Notes: generated from the letters alone by a model not told the origin. Shown: positions 11,176 through 24,720, counted from the whole stretch's first letter. The stretch: DNA of 63,638 bases, filler included, from Octopus bimaculoides (GCF_001194135.2; 5 parts of 5 records of this genome joined end to end with filler, not necessarily neighbours in it); one strand, 5' to 3'. Program-made: numbers and translations.

Positions 11176-11323
11176 GAAATAGCAAATATCAGCAAACTAA
11201 GATTGTCCGGTCAGGTATGAGAATCGAAACCAGGATATTGAAGTCGTGAGTGCAACACCTTAACCACTAGGCTACACGTCTATTTTGCGTTTCGTTTCGA
11301 TCTTTTAAACATTTAACTTGCAG

Positions 11324-11409
11324 AGTTTCATTAACCACGTCTTTCAAGAGAAACATCCTGAAGAACTGGAATTGAGCAAGAAATATTTGAAATACAGGCA
11401 TACTTCAAC
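11324..11409 (+). CDS. Weak candidate exon (SFINHVFQEKHPEELELSKKYLKYRHTS)
   Basis: Polypyrimidine tract plus cag acceptor and an ac|GTACGT donor; a single open frame. Confidence 0.25.
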
Positions 11410-12499
11410 GTACGTCGGAAACTGTTTCTAAGACATGCAACTTCACTCGAAAAGCGACGTAACACGATAAAACCTTTTTAAAAAAACATTTGATTATATT
11501 TTGTACATATTTTCACGTGTATTTTATTTAGTTTCTTCATTTCCGTATTGGGTTCTTTCGCGTTCTTTCTAATTATTATGCATTTAAATATCCTCGCAGC
11601 CAACGACGTAAAGTCGGATAAGTCGACTGAAGCTTAGGTTCAATTTCTCAAAAAAAGAACAACGTGAAGTCGAAAAGTACGTAACGCGAAACGACATAAG
11701 TTGAGGATAAGCTTCAATCTAAAATCAAGCGTTTCAGGGGTTTTGTCTTTGTTTTTAGATCTCTTTTCTAGAAACTTCGTCTAAGACTTCAAATGTTTGA
11801 ATTGATGTGTAACCTTCTGCCAATCATTATTCGAAAATAATCAATATTCGAAGTAAATAATACTATTCAATAATTATGGATGAATTTCTTAGAATATAAC
11901 AGAATGGTTTTACATGAAACTGAGATGATTTCCTATCGAAATTACAAGAAATCGATTTAATCAAGCGCATGAAAAATCAAAAAAGGAAAAACAACCATAT
12001 TTAATAAGCTTTTACAAATAATTACACGTGTTATTGATAGAAGGGTTAAATTAAATAACGTGCATTCATTTTATATAATTTATATAGCGTCCATTCAAAT
12101 ATGTACATACATACATATTTAACTTTGACTGACAGACCTTAAGCAAGTTTTACAACTACATTGAATACATAATACTATTGATTGGCAGTTCAAGAAGAAT
12201 TTTTCTGATTTCCGTTTTTTTTTTTTTTTTCTACCAGCGTAGCTTTTGTACATCGATCAAATCGGCTTAGAATTATTTGTAAGCAACTAAATCTGCTTTA
12301 ATTCTATTAAATCGTATAATATTTATTTATATTATTCAGTAACATTGTTTCATTTTATGTCATTTTATCTTATATTTCTTATGGTTTCACATTACGTGAT
12401 TTTTCTTTCTTCCTTTCTTTCTTATTCCTTTCAATTAAAGATTTTGTTGTTTTATTGTTGTTGTTTTTTCAACTATCGCATACCGCACATAGACGTAAG

Positions 12500-12951
12500 T
12501 ATTGTCATGTGGCTAAGAAACAGGCTTTTCATCTACGTGGTTTCGTGTTCAGTCCCGCGGTGTGGCACCTTGAGCCAGTGTTGTTGCCTACTATAGCCAC
12601 AGCTCGACCAATGACGTGTGAGTGAATTTTGTTGGCAGAAACTGTAAGGAAGCCATCTTATATGTGTGCGTGTGTGTGTGTGTATGTATGCATGTATGTA
12701 TGTAAGTATGTATGTATTGTGTATGTGTGTGCGGGGGTCTATGTTTGTGCTGTGCTCGTCCTACACTTGCCACCGCTTGAATTTTGTAGATAGAAACTGT
12801 AAGGAAGCCATCTTATATGTGTGCGCATGTGTGTGTATTTATGTATGTATATATGTATGTATATGCGTATGCATGTATGTATGTATGTGTGTATGTATGA
12901 ATGTATATGTGTGTGTGTGATGGGGGTCTATGTTTGTGTTGTGTTCGTCCT
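12500..12951 (+). mobile_element. SINE family B with an internal tandem duplication
   Basis: agaaactgtaaggaagccatcttatatgtgtgcg[microsatellite]gggggtctatgtttgtg..cgtcct occurs twice (~12638-12761 and ~12791-12951). Confidence 0.85.
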
Positions 12952-13104
12952 GTAAATATTGGGTTAAAAAAAGACTTTGAATAGAAAACGACGAAGGTCG
13001 CCCGTTGGTCACGAACCCACATCTTCTGCAAATGTGACAGATTCTCTACCACTGAACAAAGCAATCCTCCTAACTTCTGTATGCGTATTAGAAATTTATT
13101 CTCG

Positions 13105-13265
13105 CTAGCGAGCTTCCATACAGTTTCCATTTTTCTAAATTCACTCACAAGGCACTGGTCGGCACGGGAATATAGTAGAAGACAATTACCCAAGGTACTG
13201 AGGAGCGGCACTAAATCCGAAACAACTTGATCGCAAGGTCAGCTTCTTAAACACACATCCATGGC
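13105..13265 (-). mobile_element. SINE family B head
   Basis: cagtttccat..ctcacaaggcactggtcggc..tatagtagaagaca. Confidence 0.8.
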
Positions 13266-13769
13266 TGGTTATGACTGTTGGAAACACAAACTAACTTGAC
13301 TAAACACTGCGTATTTATTTTGTCTTACCTTAAGAGATAAATGTAAAACAGAGAAACATATAAATAGTCTCGAGAGAAATACATTTTTACGTACTGGTTT
13401 TATAATAATCATGTACAGCTTATCCTGTCACCATCACAACCACCATTACGAACAGGAGACTATTATAATATAGGAATAGAAAATAATCTTGTTTGTGAAG
13501 TAACTCTAGATCCAATATATTAGATAAATTAAGACGGTACATTGTTAAAGACAATATGAAGTCAAACATAGAAAGCGAAGTCTCAGAAAGAAACAGTAAT
13601 ACATTATTAAAATACACACGGCGATGTTTATGTATTATTGACATAAAAACTACAAATATTATTTAGTAATACAAATAACTTGTATTATGTGGTATTAAGA
13701 TAGAGATACAACCAACACTGTGTTTTATTGAAATAGCAATGACATATAATAATGTGTTATTGAAATATG

Positions 13770-13995
13770 CAAAGGCGGTGAGCTGGTAAAATTGTTTGCA
13801 CGCCAGGCGAAATTTTTTAGAAGCATTTCATATTCGTCTTTACGTTCTGCGTTCAAATCGTGCCGAGGCCGACTTTGCCCTTCGTCCTTTCGGAGTCGAT
13901 GAAATAAGTACCAGTTGAACACTGGGGTAGATGTAATTGACTTATCATCCTCCTCGAGATTGCAGGCCTTGTGCCAAAATTTGAAACCATTATTA
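13770..13995 (+). mobile_element. SINE family A copy
   Basis: Head ggcggtgagctgg, central domain, tail ggccttgtgccaaaatttgaaaccattatta. Confidence 0.9.
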
Positions 13996-14022
13996 AGATA
14001 CACGCAGACAATAGGAATTATG

Positions 14023-15112
14023 TATTAGGTTGGGGAAAAAAAGTCCTGTCGCATTTTGTACATGATCACTTTGAGGTTACTTTTTCAATACGTTTTTTCT
14101 GTGGAAATGAAACTTTAAATGTCCAGACGTGCCAATGATGGTTTGGCCAGTTTTACTCGAGAAAATTTTCTTTCGCAAATTCCTCTCGGTCTCGACAGCC
14201 AAGTTCTGTCCGAATTGAGCTTCCGAAATCCGTAGTTTTGGAAAAATCCAACGCAAACTGTACATGAATTAGCAAAACAGTCCAATTCAAGTTACACTTG
14301 GATCATAAAACATTTTCATGAACTAGAAAGAGCATCTAAACCTGGTCAGTGGGTCCCTCGTCATTTGACTGCTTCTCAGTTTAATCAAAAAGTTACCCTC
14401 TGCTTCTCATTGAAATGTAGACTTTCTGCCGAACTTCTGCTGCGTAAAGTATTCACAAGTGATGACAAATGGGTTCTCTATATTAATATTCAACGAAAGC
14501 AACGATGGTTAGCAGCCAATGAAAAAGAAGAATTCATCCCCCAGCCAGCACTACTCCCCAAAACAGTTATTCTCCGTGTTTGATGGGATATGAAAGGTTT
14601 CGTTCATTATGAAGACTTAAATCAAAATAAAACACTTAATGTGGGAACGTCGTGTAGTCAGCTGGAAACACTGGGCAAAAAATTGCCGGAAAAGCGTTCG
14701 TCGTGGGTCCATTTTAAAGGAGCGTTGTACTTACAAGTTTATGCAAGACAACACGTTACTTAAGTCACTCAAAAAGATATCATAGCTCTAAATATGAAAG
14801 TTTTCTTCGTTTACCCTACTTACTCACTTGACGTCGCTCCATCTGTCTATCATCTTTACAGATCATTGCAATATTATTTAGAGGAAAAACAGTCTATTAA
14901 GTGTGAAGAAATTAGAAATGATATTGAGTGGTTCTTTGCTTCGAAATCTGAAGAATTTTACACCCGAGAGATCAACAATTTTCCAAATAGATGGGATTAT
15001 TTTATCAATAATGAAAGGAAATATTATCTTGATTAAATATATTAATTAAAACCAAAGAAACATTTGTTTCTTTCCCATCTTGAACTACGACAAGACTTTC
15101 TTTCCAATCTAA
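14023..15112 (+). mobile_element. Mariner-like transposon relic (degraded transposase, both TIRs)
   Basis: TIRs TA-ttaggttggggaaaaaaagtcctgtcg and cgacaagactttctttccaatctaa. Translation gives WVPRHL, TSDDKW and YPTYSLDVAPSVYHLYRSLQ (cf. mariner WVPHEL, TGDEKW, YSPDLAPSDYHLF). Stops are present and the N-terminus is shortened. Confidence 0.92.
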
Positions 15113-15424
15113 TTCTACTAGAATATTCAGATTTGAACCGAGTCAACGGAAATATATATGCACGGTTCTCGTCACAAAGAGAAATATTCGCCAAGTCTCC
15201 CTCGACTGATTCTAACGATTTTAAATAAAAACTCGTTTCATGATATACGCGGAGGATAACAACTGCGGGATGTCCATGGCTGGAAAATCTTTGATCGTAG
15301 TTCAGTTTGATCAGAGGAATTTGGGGTTATGCAACATCATTATGAAGCAATGCAAAAAACGATTTAAAGAAAAACATTAAAAAATACTGATATACAAAGA
15401 ACGAAAATGGATAGAAAAATCTCA

Positions 15425-15495
15425 AGGATTGCTTTGGCTCAATGGTAGAACGTCTGTTATTTTAACAGGAGATGTGGGTTCGAGTACCACGTGCA
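15425..15495 (+). mobile_element. tRNA-like repeat head (family D) with A and B boxes; a second inverted copy lies at ~13005-13070
   Basis: aggattgctttggctcaatggtagaacgtctgt..gtgggttcgagtacc. The acceptor stem does not pair, so this is not a functional tRNA. Confidence 0.55.
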
Positions 15496-15951
15496 GCTGT
15501 GGGTATGAAGTGAATTCAAAAGTATAGTGTCTGTGACGTCACGCGAACGGTCGAGGAGCCTTGCTGAGAGGAGAAGAACGAAGAAAGTAATGTGAGTGGA
15601 AGGATGACTTGCGCGGGCCTGTTTTGCTTTGGGGCTGTCGCTCAGGACAGATGTGGTGGTCATGCGAATTGAGAGAATTTACCGTTAGATTCTGGCCATA
15701 GGTTAGGCAGGGAGGGCTCCTGCACTTATATCGACGTTACAAGAGGACCGCGTGGTACGTGAATTATTCTTTTCGCTTTGTTACCCACACTACAGCAGCC
15801 TTTGAATTTCATTTTCTTTTCCTTTCCAAATGTTGTATTTTACTATCATCTTTGACTTATCTGTTTCTCTAGGCTCAGGCGTGGTTGTGTGCTAAGAAAT
15901 TTGCTTCCCAACCACATAACACTACATTTCTACCATATTTTGCCCCTTTTG

Positions 15952-15982
<31 letters not shown>

Positions 15983-17104
15983 TCGATGGCGATGTTTTTC
16001 ATACATTTAAATGTATTCCCAAATACAACAGCACTTTATGTTTATAGCTTCGAAGAGTGCATTGCATCTTAGAGCAGAAACAGCCGTAAGTTCATTACAT
16101 AATTTGTCGTTCTGTTAGCATTCATACAATCTCTTATCATGACAAACGCTTTCTTCAGAAGTATGTGTATAATGGGTCCTAGCACTGGGCAAACTTTTTA
16201 CCGCACAACAACGCCTGCGCCCCTTCTTACCACACAACCCTTTATAGAACATGCTGTCGAATGAATTCTCTTTGTGTCAAAGTGTAGCTTAGCCATTCGA
16301 TGAATAGTGTTTCATAAAGCACGTAGCAGAATGGAGAAAGAGAAAAAATAACGAATATCAAAAGAATCGACTAAAAATCATAGAAACCGGAGCTACAGCA
16401 TGGCCACACTCCAACGACAGAGAAATTATATTGAAAAGAAAAATGAATTAATTCGTATCGATTCCATATTGATTTTTCTATTGATGAGTAAATTCTGATA
16501 TTAAACAGTAAATACATGTTTACAAATTTTTTAAACGGAATATTTGCCAGAACGCGTATTTTATTCAAGCGTTTTATGAATTTTCGTTTGTATATCTGCC
16601 TTTAATACACGGCTTCAAGATACTGAAATATATTCAAATATATTCAAATATTCATTTAGATTTATTTAAATATATTTAAATATTCTGATACGTGGTTGAG
16701 AAATGTGAAAGAAGGGAAAACAAACCGATAGAAATTGAAGGTTTCTCAACAGAATAACGCAAAAGGAAGTGGATTCTATGAAACAGCAAAGAAAAGGTGC
16801 TTAAAGATATTAAAAGGTAATGAAACAGGTATGCATGGACATTGGTATGCATTTACATGTTTTATAGATATAAGTGTAATAATGTGTGTGTGTCTGTGTG
16901 TGACTATGTGTGTGTAGATATATATACATACATGCATATATATAAACATACATACATTCATATATACTTAGATATATGGTTATATTCATGTATGTATGTA
17001 TGTAAGTAAGTATACTTATAAATTATATGCATGCATGTATATGCACACATAGGTACATGTACATGCACAAGCATATATATTTATAGTCACGCACATATAC
17101 ACAT

Positions 17105-17500
<396 letters not shown>

Positions 17501-17502
17501 TT

Positions 17503-17725
17503 TCAGGCGGCAAGCTGGTAGAATAGTTAGCATGCCAGGCGAAATGCTTAGCAACATTTCGGCAGTCTTCACGTTCTAAGTTCAAATGCCGCCGGAGTCG
17601 TCGACTTTATCTTTCATCCTTTCGCAGTCATTGAAATATGTTCCAGTTGAGCACTGGGGTCGATGTAATTGACTTACCCCTCCCCACAAATTTCAGGCCT
17701 TGTGCCTAAATTAGAAAGGATTGTT
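17503..17725 (+). mobile_element. SINE family A copy
   Basis: Head, central domain and tail are colinear with the other copies. Confidence 0.9.
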
Positions 17726-17744
17726 AACGTAATATATATATATG

Positions 17745-17962
17745 TACGAGAAGGTGCTGAAAACGCAATGGCTTTGGGCAAAAGAAAATACAGGGAGATC
17801 AGTTAATTATGATTTTATTCAACATATTCTCCTTTCAGATTCACACACTTATTATAGCAGACATTCAGTTTTTCTAAGCCCTGTAAAAGAACTCGGATGA
17901 CTAGGCCTCCAGCCAGGCCTTTGGTGACACCCTTCAAGGCAGGAACTTTACAGCGTCTTCTC

Positions 17963-17965
<3 letters not shown>
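17745..17965. mobile_element. Mariner-type MITE
   Basis: TA-cgagaaggtgctgaaaacgcaatggcttt and caaggcaggaactttacagcgtcttctcg-TA form imperfect TIRs with TA on both sides. Confidence 0.8.
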
Positions 17966-18059
<94 letters not shown>

Positions 18060-20649
18060 GAGAGAGAGAGAGAGATCTATGAGATACCTGATGTATGTAT
18101 ATCGTAGAGAAGCCAGTAGCTACAGTATCCGTCCGGGAAAAGATCCTTTATAGACGTAGAGTGTTATAAAAATATGCATCAGTGCAAGACGAAACAAATC
18201 TATCCCGGAAGTGACGGAGTGAATACTAGATGCACGTTTCACGATTTTAGGGGTTTTTTTTTTACACCTATCATTGCCACGCATCACGTCACTCCAGACA
18301 AAAAAAATCATCTCGGCCAGTCTGGAGTATATAGAGAAAATGAATAAACAATTCGCAGGACTTGTAGACTTATCGCTAGACTGAACAAAACTCAAATTTT
18401 GCAAAAAGAAGCATCCCTTGATTAAAACTGTAAAATCATGGTTTCGACTTGTAGGACCCGGCGCTGTGTTGTGTTGTTGAACAAAACTCTTCATTTTACG
18501 TGACTCCAGCCCATTCAGCTGTCAATGAGTTCCAGCAAAAACTTGAAAACTGACTCTACGGGGTTGGGTGGCTGTTGTAACTTCAGTTATTCATACGTAT
18601 GAAAACCGGGTTATGGTCCGGTCTTATGTGTCCTCGAGCTTATGACAAACCGACCGATATATTATGATTATGTAGCTGTGTGATAAGAAGCTTGCTTTCC
18701 AACCACATGGCTCTGGGTTCAGTTTCATAATGTGCCATCTTGTGGTGTTAAGAATTAGTTAACATAGATGTATTAAAATACAGTGATAGCCACAGAGCCA
18801 TGTGCCTTCACTGATTGTGAAGCGAGATAGAAATATATTTATGTATAAATGTATCTATTTGTGCATGTATTTGTATATGTATATATGTTATTGTCCAGTT
18901 TTATTTCAAGATTTCTTGTATATATGTTTGTATATGTGTATGTATGTATTTCGGAGATGTCACTGAAATTTGTAAACATTGGCGAGAGAATTGATCCATC
19001 TTTACTTTCGTACAGAGTTCCAGGTGATATTCATTTCATCCGAATTATACAGGAAATCCTTGGCTGCTTTCGACATCTTAAACGCTGTTAACCAGTGATT
19101 GTTCACAATAGAAAGGTGATATAAAATATTAAAAAGAAGCTAACTTCTGGCGTTGGCATCGATTACCAAAAAAAAAAAAAAGTCAAGTACAACCCAACTA
19201 TTTCAAAAGAATAGACTGAATTGATATTGGAATGAGTTTCACTTCGAAACTTGTGAGTAATATGCAGATAGGAAGTATTGAGAAAGCATTACGAAAAATC
19301 GGTATATAGAAAGTTTGCCTAAGAATAGTAAACAAAAACATCGTCAACTGAAGTGAGGAAACAAATGAGATATCAAAGAAAATAGGAAAGTTCTTCAGGG
19401 CATATAAGGTGGAAAATCGTGACGGATAGATTTTCCAACAAGGTTTCGTTTTCGATTTCCGTTGAAAACCATTTTCATTTTCACTTCACCGACATCGCTA
19501 ATGTTCTGAAGAAAAGCTTGAAAATTTCAGAATCTCATATCTCATTTGTAAATCTGAGATCTTATGTATGTATAAAATATAAAATAAATGAACAAACAAA
19601 AAAAAAATTCCTAAAAAAATAAAGGTACAGAAAAAAAAATACGTTATGAAATAAAAACAATTCCTTGGAAAGGGAATAAGTTATAAATGATAAGCACAAG
19701 AAATGATAGAGAGAACTGAACGAAAACAAAATCAAAAGATTGTCACTTACCTAAAAATTTGGAACAACTAAAAAAAATATACATCAGTTATTGATCTTGG
19801 CTGTTTATGTGTTTCAAACTGCTGGCACGACTTCATCTAATATTTGTTTAATAATTTCTTGTTATACATCTTCAACGTGCTATCGTTATGCTATTAGTGT
19901 CTTTTATAGCTTGATTTCAGTGAGTTTTCATCATTTCTATCATTTAGTTGTTGAAGTTGTTGTTGTTGTAGACGTCGTCGGCGTTTCATAATTGACTGTT
20001 GCTGCATATATTGTTTATTGTTTTGGTCGTCTGGTAGTTTTTTCATTGGAATAATTTGAGGACTGTGTTGGTTTCATACGTTTAATAGTCATTCTTATTT
20101 ATTTTATGTTATTTTTTTTTCTTTAGCGGAGGGATGGTAATCGATAATCAATAAAATGAATATCAGACATATACTGAGATCGATGTTGATCGACTCTGCC
20201 CACCTCTCTTACAAAATGTGGCCTTCCGCCAATGTTAGGAATCATTTTCATGTATATTTTTATTTGCGTGTAACCGTTTTTAGACACAGCCTATTGTACA
20301 CCACTGTTATCTTGATGGTGATGTTCACGATGACGACGACCATGACGATGGTGAGGAGGAAGAAAAGAAGGCTACTTCTTTTGCTTATTGCATGTCTTTC
20401 GGCCATAGAGGTATTTCAAGTTAACATTGCAAGCGAATAAAAACAATTGTTTTACCTGTAAGATGAAGAAGCACGGTACTCATTGGCTTCTCAGATAGGT
20501 GAGAGAAAAGAAAGACGTAATCCCAGACCGGGATCAAGCCAAAATCTTCACAAAAGAGTGGGTTCTATTAAAGGTACACCAAGACGGTGTGGAGATGCTA
20601 ATCCAACCAACAGATTAAGTCTACCAACCAAGAACAGGGATAGTTTTTC

Positions 20650-20810
20650 AGAGAATTTTCAGACAGTTTCTATCTACCAAAATTTCATTACCAACAATTT
20701 CGCCGAATCAAAATTACTGTAAAAGACATTTCCTGAATGTATCGCACAGTGGAATCGAACACAAAACTGCAAGGCTGTGAAACGAACTTCATAACCACAC
20801 ACCCATACGA
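20650..20810 (-). mobile_element. SINE family B head (old)
   Basis: cagtttctatctaccaaa..gcacagtggaatcgaac..aaccacacaccc. Confidence 0.6.
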
Positions 20811-21639
20811 TTACTAATTGTACATACTCTGTCGCTAATGACTATAGTAATAAATTTTATTTACAAGTAAATAAGTGAGCAAGACTGTTTTTACGTGACT
20901 GCAAGGTTTGTTAGAAATAAGAGTCTAATCTCTCGTAAATGCCTTCCTGTTACTTTAAAAGAAGAAAAACATTAAATTGCAGTGTATTTGAAAAGAAAGT
21001 GTCATGTGGTCCCGGCGACAATGCCTTTAGTAATCAACTTGTACGGTTGGGTCTGAACAAGGACTAAACGACAACAGCAACAAGGTCGGCGGCGGACAGT
21101 TTCTCTTTAAGAAACAAACGAAAGCGTATGATGTTTCGTTGGTACGGAACCAAATCGTCGGACATCTAGTATTCCCTGTGCTTTTGTAACTTTCGCACCA
21201 TTTCAAAGGAAATTAAATGCAATTGTTGAAACTGTTATTCGAAATCGAATCGAGATTTTGATTTGCTTAGATGTTAATATTTAAAAGTCAGCAGTATTCT
21301 TGAACATTGTTTAGTATATATCGGTTCGCATTTATATGGTACAATGTGCGTTTTTTTTTTTAAAGGCACAAAATATTCCCCCACCGAGTCCTAAATGCGA
21401 ATTAAAACACCCATAAGCTAATTTTGTACCATGCTTTTTTTTTTTACGTCTGTGTATGTGTATGTGTACGTGTTTTGTTTTGCGGTTGGGATGGGATTGC
21501 ATGTTTTATTACTATAATCACATCGGATACTTGCTTTATCGTGATTTGTGTTCTGTTAACTTACATTTTATATACAGCAGTGTTTTCTGCTGTAGCTACT
21601 TTTGTGAAAATTCTGCAATATAAATCTAGATCGGTTTAA

Positions 21640-22080
21640 GCGTTGATTTCAAATTTTGGCACAAGGCCAGCAATCATGGGAGCAGGAGGTTAATCGATCA
21701 CATTTTCCCCAGTGCTCAATTGGTACTTATTTTATCGACTCCAAATGGGATGAGGCGGAATTTGAACTGAGAACGTAAAGACGACGAAACGCCGCTAAGC
21801 ATTTTTCTCGGCCTAGTAACGATTCTGGCAGCTCGTCGCATCAGAGATTGCTTTCAATATTGTATATCTTCAATAAGCCGGCGAGCTGGCGGAATCGTTA
21901 GCACCCCGGGCGAAATACTTTACAGCATTTCGTCCTCCTTAACTTTCAGAGTTCAAATTCCGCCGAGATCGACTTTGCCTTTCATCCCGACAGAGTTCAT
22001 AAAACAGGTACCAGTTGAGAGCTGGGGATCGATGTAATCGAAATTGCTAGCTTTCAGCCAAAATTTGGAACCAATATTAC
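21640..22080. mobile_element. Head-to-head pair of SINE family A copies (21640-21840 minus; 21875-22080 plus)
   Basis: Both carry head and central domain, separated by ~35 bp. Confidence 0.85.
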
Positions 22081-23114
22081 ATACTGAAATGCACCAAAAG
22101 CTTTTTTTTTTTTTTTCCGTGAATATTCACTGCTGAAATTAGAGTACGCATAACATGTTCGAGCGTCTTTTATGCTATCAACTATGGTATAAATGGCTTT
22201 GTTCCAGGTGGGTTTTTTTATATTTTTATTTACTTATTTGTTGGTGCTTTTGCTCAATATTGTAGCTACATCTACGTATTTTAACACATTCAACTGTAGC
22301 AAACATTTCACATCCAGACAATAAATGATGAACTAATTTCTTTATTTTACTTGCATCTCTAACAAGCTACTCGGACACAAATTTCATTATCTTTCTTCTT
22401 TTTTTGTATTCTTCTCTTTTTATCTTTTTTTAAATATTTTTTTTCTGCTTATTTAACGTTGATGCGGAGTTTATTGAAAGCTATGTTAGATCTTCGCCAC
22501 CCTTAGGTTTCTTTGATTTAATAAAGCTTTTAAATAATTCTTTCTTTATACCGCTTAAGCTTTAATTATTCTGATGTCTCTGAAAAATCTCTTGATTTTG
22601 ATTCTTCGAATCTTCTTCCTTAATACCATCCATTAACAGCAGTCACAACTCACATGCAATTTTATTTCTCTGTCACCAAAATTCAATCACCCTCATTTAC
22701 TGAGTGCATCGTATATTTTACTTAATTTCATTTTTAATAGCGTTAACTCTTTTCATACTCTCTCTCGCTCTCTCTCTCTCTCTCTCCCTCTCTCTCTCTC
22801 TCTCTACCTTCCAATCCCCTTCCTCACTCTTTCTTTCTCCCCTCTCTCCCTCTCTCCTGCTCCCTTCCTCTCTCTCTCAGTCTATCTCCCCTTCTCTCTC
22901 CCTCTGTACTTACACACGCAAATGCACACATGCATGCACAACATGCAGGTATGTATCATCTACCGTGTATTTGATGGTATATTAGACGCATTCCAATTTC
23001 AGGAATAAAATTCTCCGCACGAACAAACTGCTTAACGAGCGAGAAAACTCGAAGCAAGCAAAGACACAAATAAAACGCGCATAGCGATACATTAAGATAT
23101 TTATAAATTCTTTC

Positions 23115-23240
23115 CATACGCCGAGCAAAATGCTTAGCGGCATTTCTTTCGACTTTACTTACGGAGTTCAAATTCCGCTAAGGTTGGCTTTACCTTTCAT
23201 TCTTTCGGGATTGATAAAAAATGTGCCAATTGAACACTGG
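23115..23240 (+). mobile_element. SINE family A fragment
   Basis: cgccgagcaaaatgcttagcggcattt..gagttcaaattccgc..cctttcattctttcggga. Confidence 0.75.
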
Positions 23241-23584
23241 CATTCTCTGTGTCTTTCGCAGGCACCTCCGATGTGGGAAGTCCTCAGTCTTATCATTAAT
23301 GGTACGAAACTGAGTATTACTACTTGGGTTGATAACTGATGAAGAATTAGGGACCCTTTTTATCTGTCGCTGTTTAGTTACAATGCATTTTTTGTTCATA
23401 TGTGTGTTTATATATACATATACATATACATATATATATATATATNNNNNNNNNNNNNNNNNNNNNNNNNNNNNNNNNNNNNNNNNNNNNNNNNNNNNNN
23501 NNNNNNNNNNNNNNNNNNNNNNNNNNNNNNNNNNNNNNNNNNNNNNNNNNNNNNNNNNNNNNNNNNNNNNNNNNNNNNNNNNNN

Positions 23585-23617
<33 letters not shown>

Positions 23618-23769
23618 TAAATATAAGGACAAGCAAGTCACGCAAGTCGAAATACAAAGATATTAAATACATTTAATGCAAAAAGTGTACATATTTTTAT
23701 ATATAAAAATGTCCGACTTACACAGAATAGAAATGAAATCAGGAATTAAAGGGGTTAATATGTGTTTTT

Positions 23770-23845
23770 ACGGGTCTAACAGCTGTTTCTGGGGGTTTGG
23801 CTATCCAAAATAAGGATTGCAATTTGATTCCATCATTGGATAATA
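23770..23845 (-). ncRNA. Hammerhead-like motif in the left inverted repeat (core mutated to CCAATGA; perfect palindrome AACAGCTGTT)
   Basis: ccaatga-TGG..CCA-GAAACAGCTGTT. Stem I is not evident. Confidence 0.4.
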
Positions 23846-24384
23846 CCAGCCTCCGTCTTCCAGGAAGGATGTTACAGGTAGTCTGTAAATGGTGACTTTT
23901 GTGTTAATTTGTATGAAGGCTATAGAGTTAAAGGTCGAGATAGTGAAAATGGGGATGGCTATTATTTGAGGGAAATAAGTTCACTGGTTCAGTGGTTGTT
24001 AGAGATTAGTAAGGTATGTAGAGAGGAAAGAGAGGAGATGGAGGTGGAATAGAGTGGGGAGTGAGAAGAAGTTAAAAAAGTAGTTGCTAGTGGGACAAAA
24101 GGACTGGAATAGTATTGGGGGGGGGGGATTTGGTAAAGCGTGGTGTATGAAATTGAATAGAGTGGTGCGAATAGGGAGGTAGTAGAGGTAGATTTGTTAG
24201 TTTTCAAAGGAGTGGAGAATTGTTAAGTACCTTTTGAAAGTGGGGAGGCTAAGAGGGAAGTAGGAAGTTGTTGATTTGAAGAATTTGGAAATGGAAATTG
24301 AAGATATTGGAAATGTGTGTATGAGAAGCAATAAGAGTGGGTGGTAGTATTTTTTAAGTAGTAGGTTGCTAGACTGATTTTATC

Positions 24385-24720
24385 TTAGTTTAAGTTTTTT
24401 GGGGTGGTACCTCTGTTTACAAGAATAAATGACATCAAATATTTTACTAAGTAATGAGTAGTTATGAAGGCGAAGAATGGTTAACTTTTAGACGTAACAT
24501 ACACTTGCCGGTGTTTGCATTGTATGAGGCAGCTTCGCCTACTATAGACCAGGGTAGGATATATGGGATATTTTAAGATTTAAAGTTGTGTATAAACATT
24601 ACTAAGAAGGTTGCTAATTTAGAATTTTGATTGGAGAAAGTGTTCGTGTGTGCACGGTAGCGACGTTTAAAATCTACGATGCCGCCGATATATACACTTG
24701 CTTGATGGTAGGTTACATTT
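24385..24720 (-). pseudogene. Degraded PLE GIY-YIG endonuclease C-terminus
   Basis: NVTYHQASVYIGGIVDFKRRYRAHTNTFSNQNSKLATFLVMFIHNFKS*NIPYILPWSIVGEAASYNANTGKCML fits the PLE pattern YIG..FK.R...H..SF..T.LS..IW.LK...WSI......Y....C.LC (recalled). Confidence 0.8.

Noticed and set aside
10607-11185. 192-aa minus-strand ORF
   Set aside because: By-product of the 16-bp minisatellite; no protein-like motifs.
15428-15497. Functional tRNA gene
   Set aside because: The acceptor stem does not pair; all tRNA-like sequences here are SINE heads.
16048-16162. Two small plus-strand exons (LRRVHCILEQKQP / IHTISYHDKRFLQ)
   Set aside because: They would need a 33-nt intron and have no homology support.
19270-19420. 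RT-like EKALRKIGI peptide
   Set aside because: Too short and interrupted to support a LINE call.
23325-23365. CTGATGAAG in a possible PLE-tail remnant
   Set aside because: No downstream GAAA; too decayed to call.
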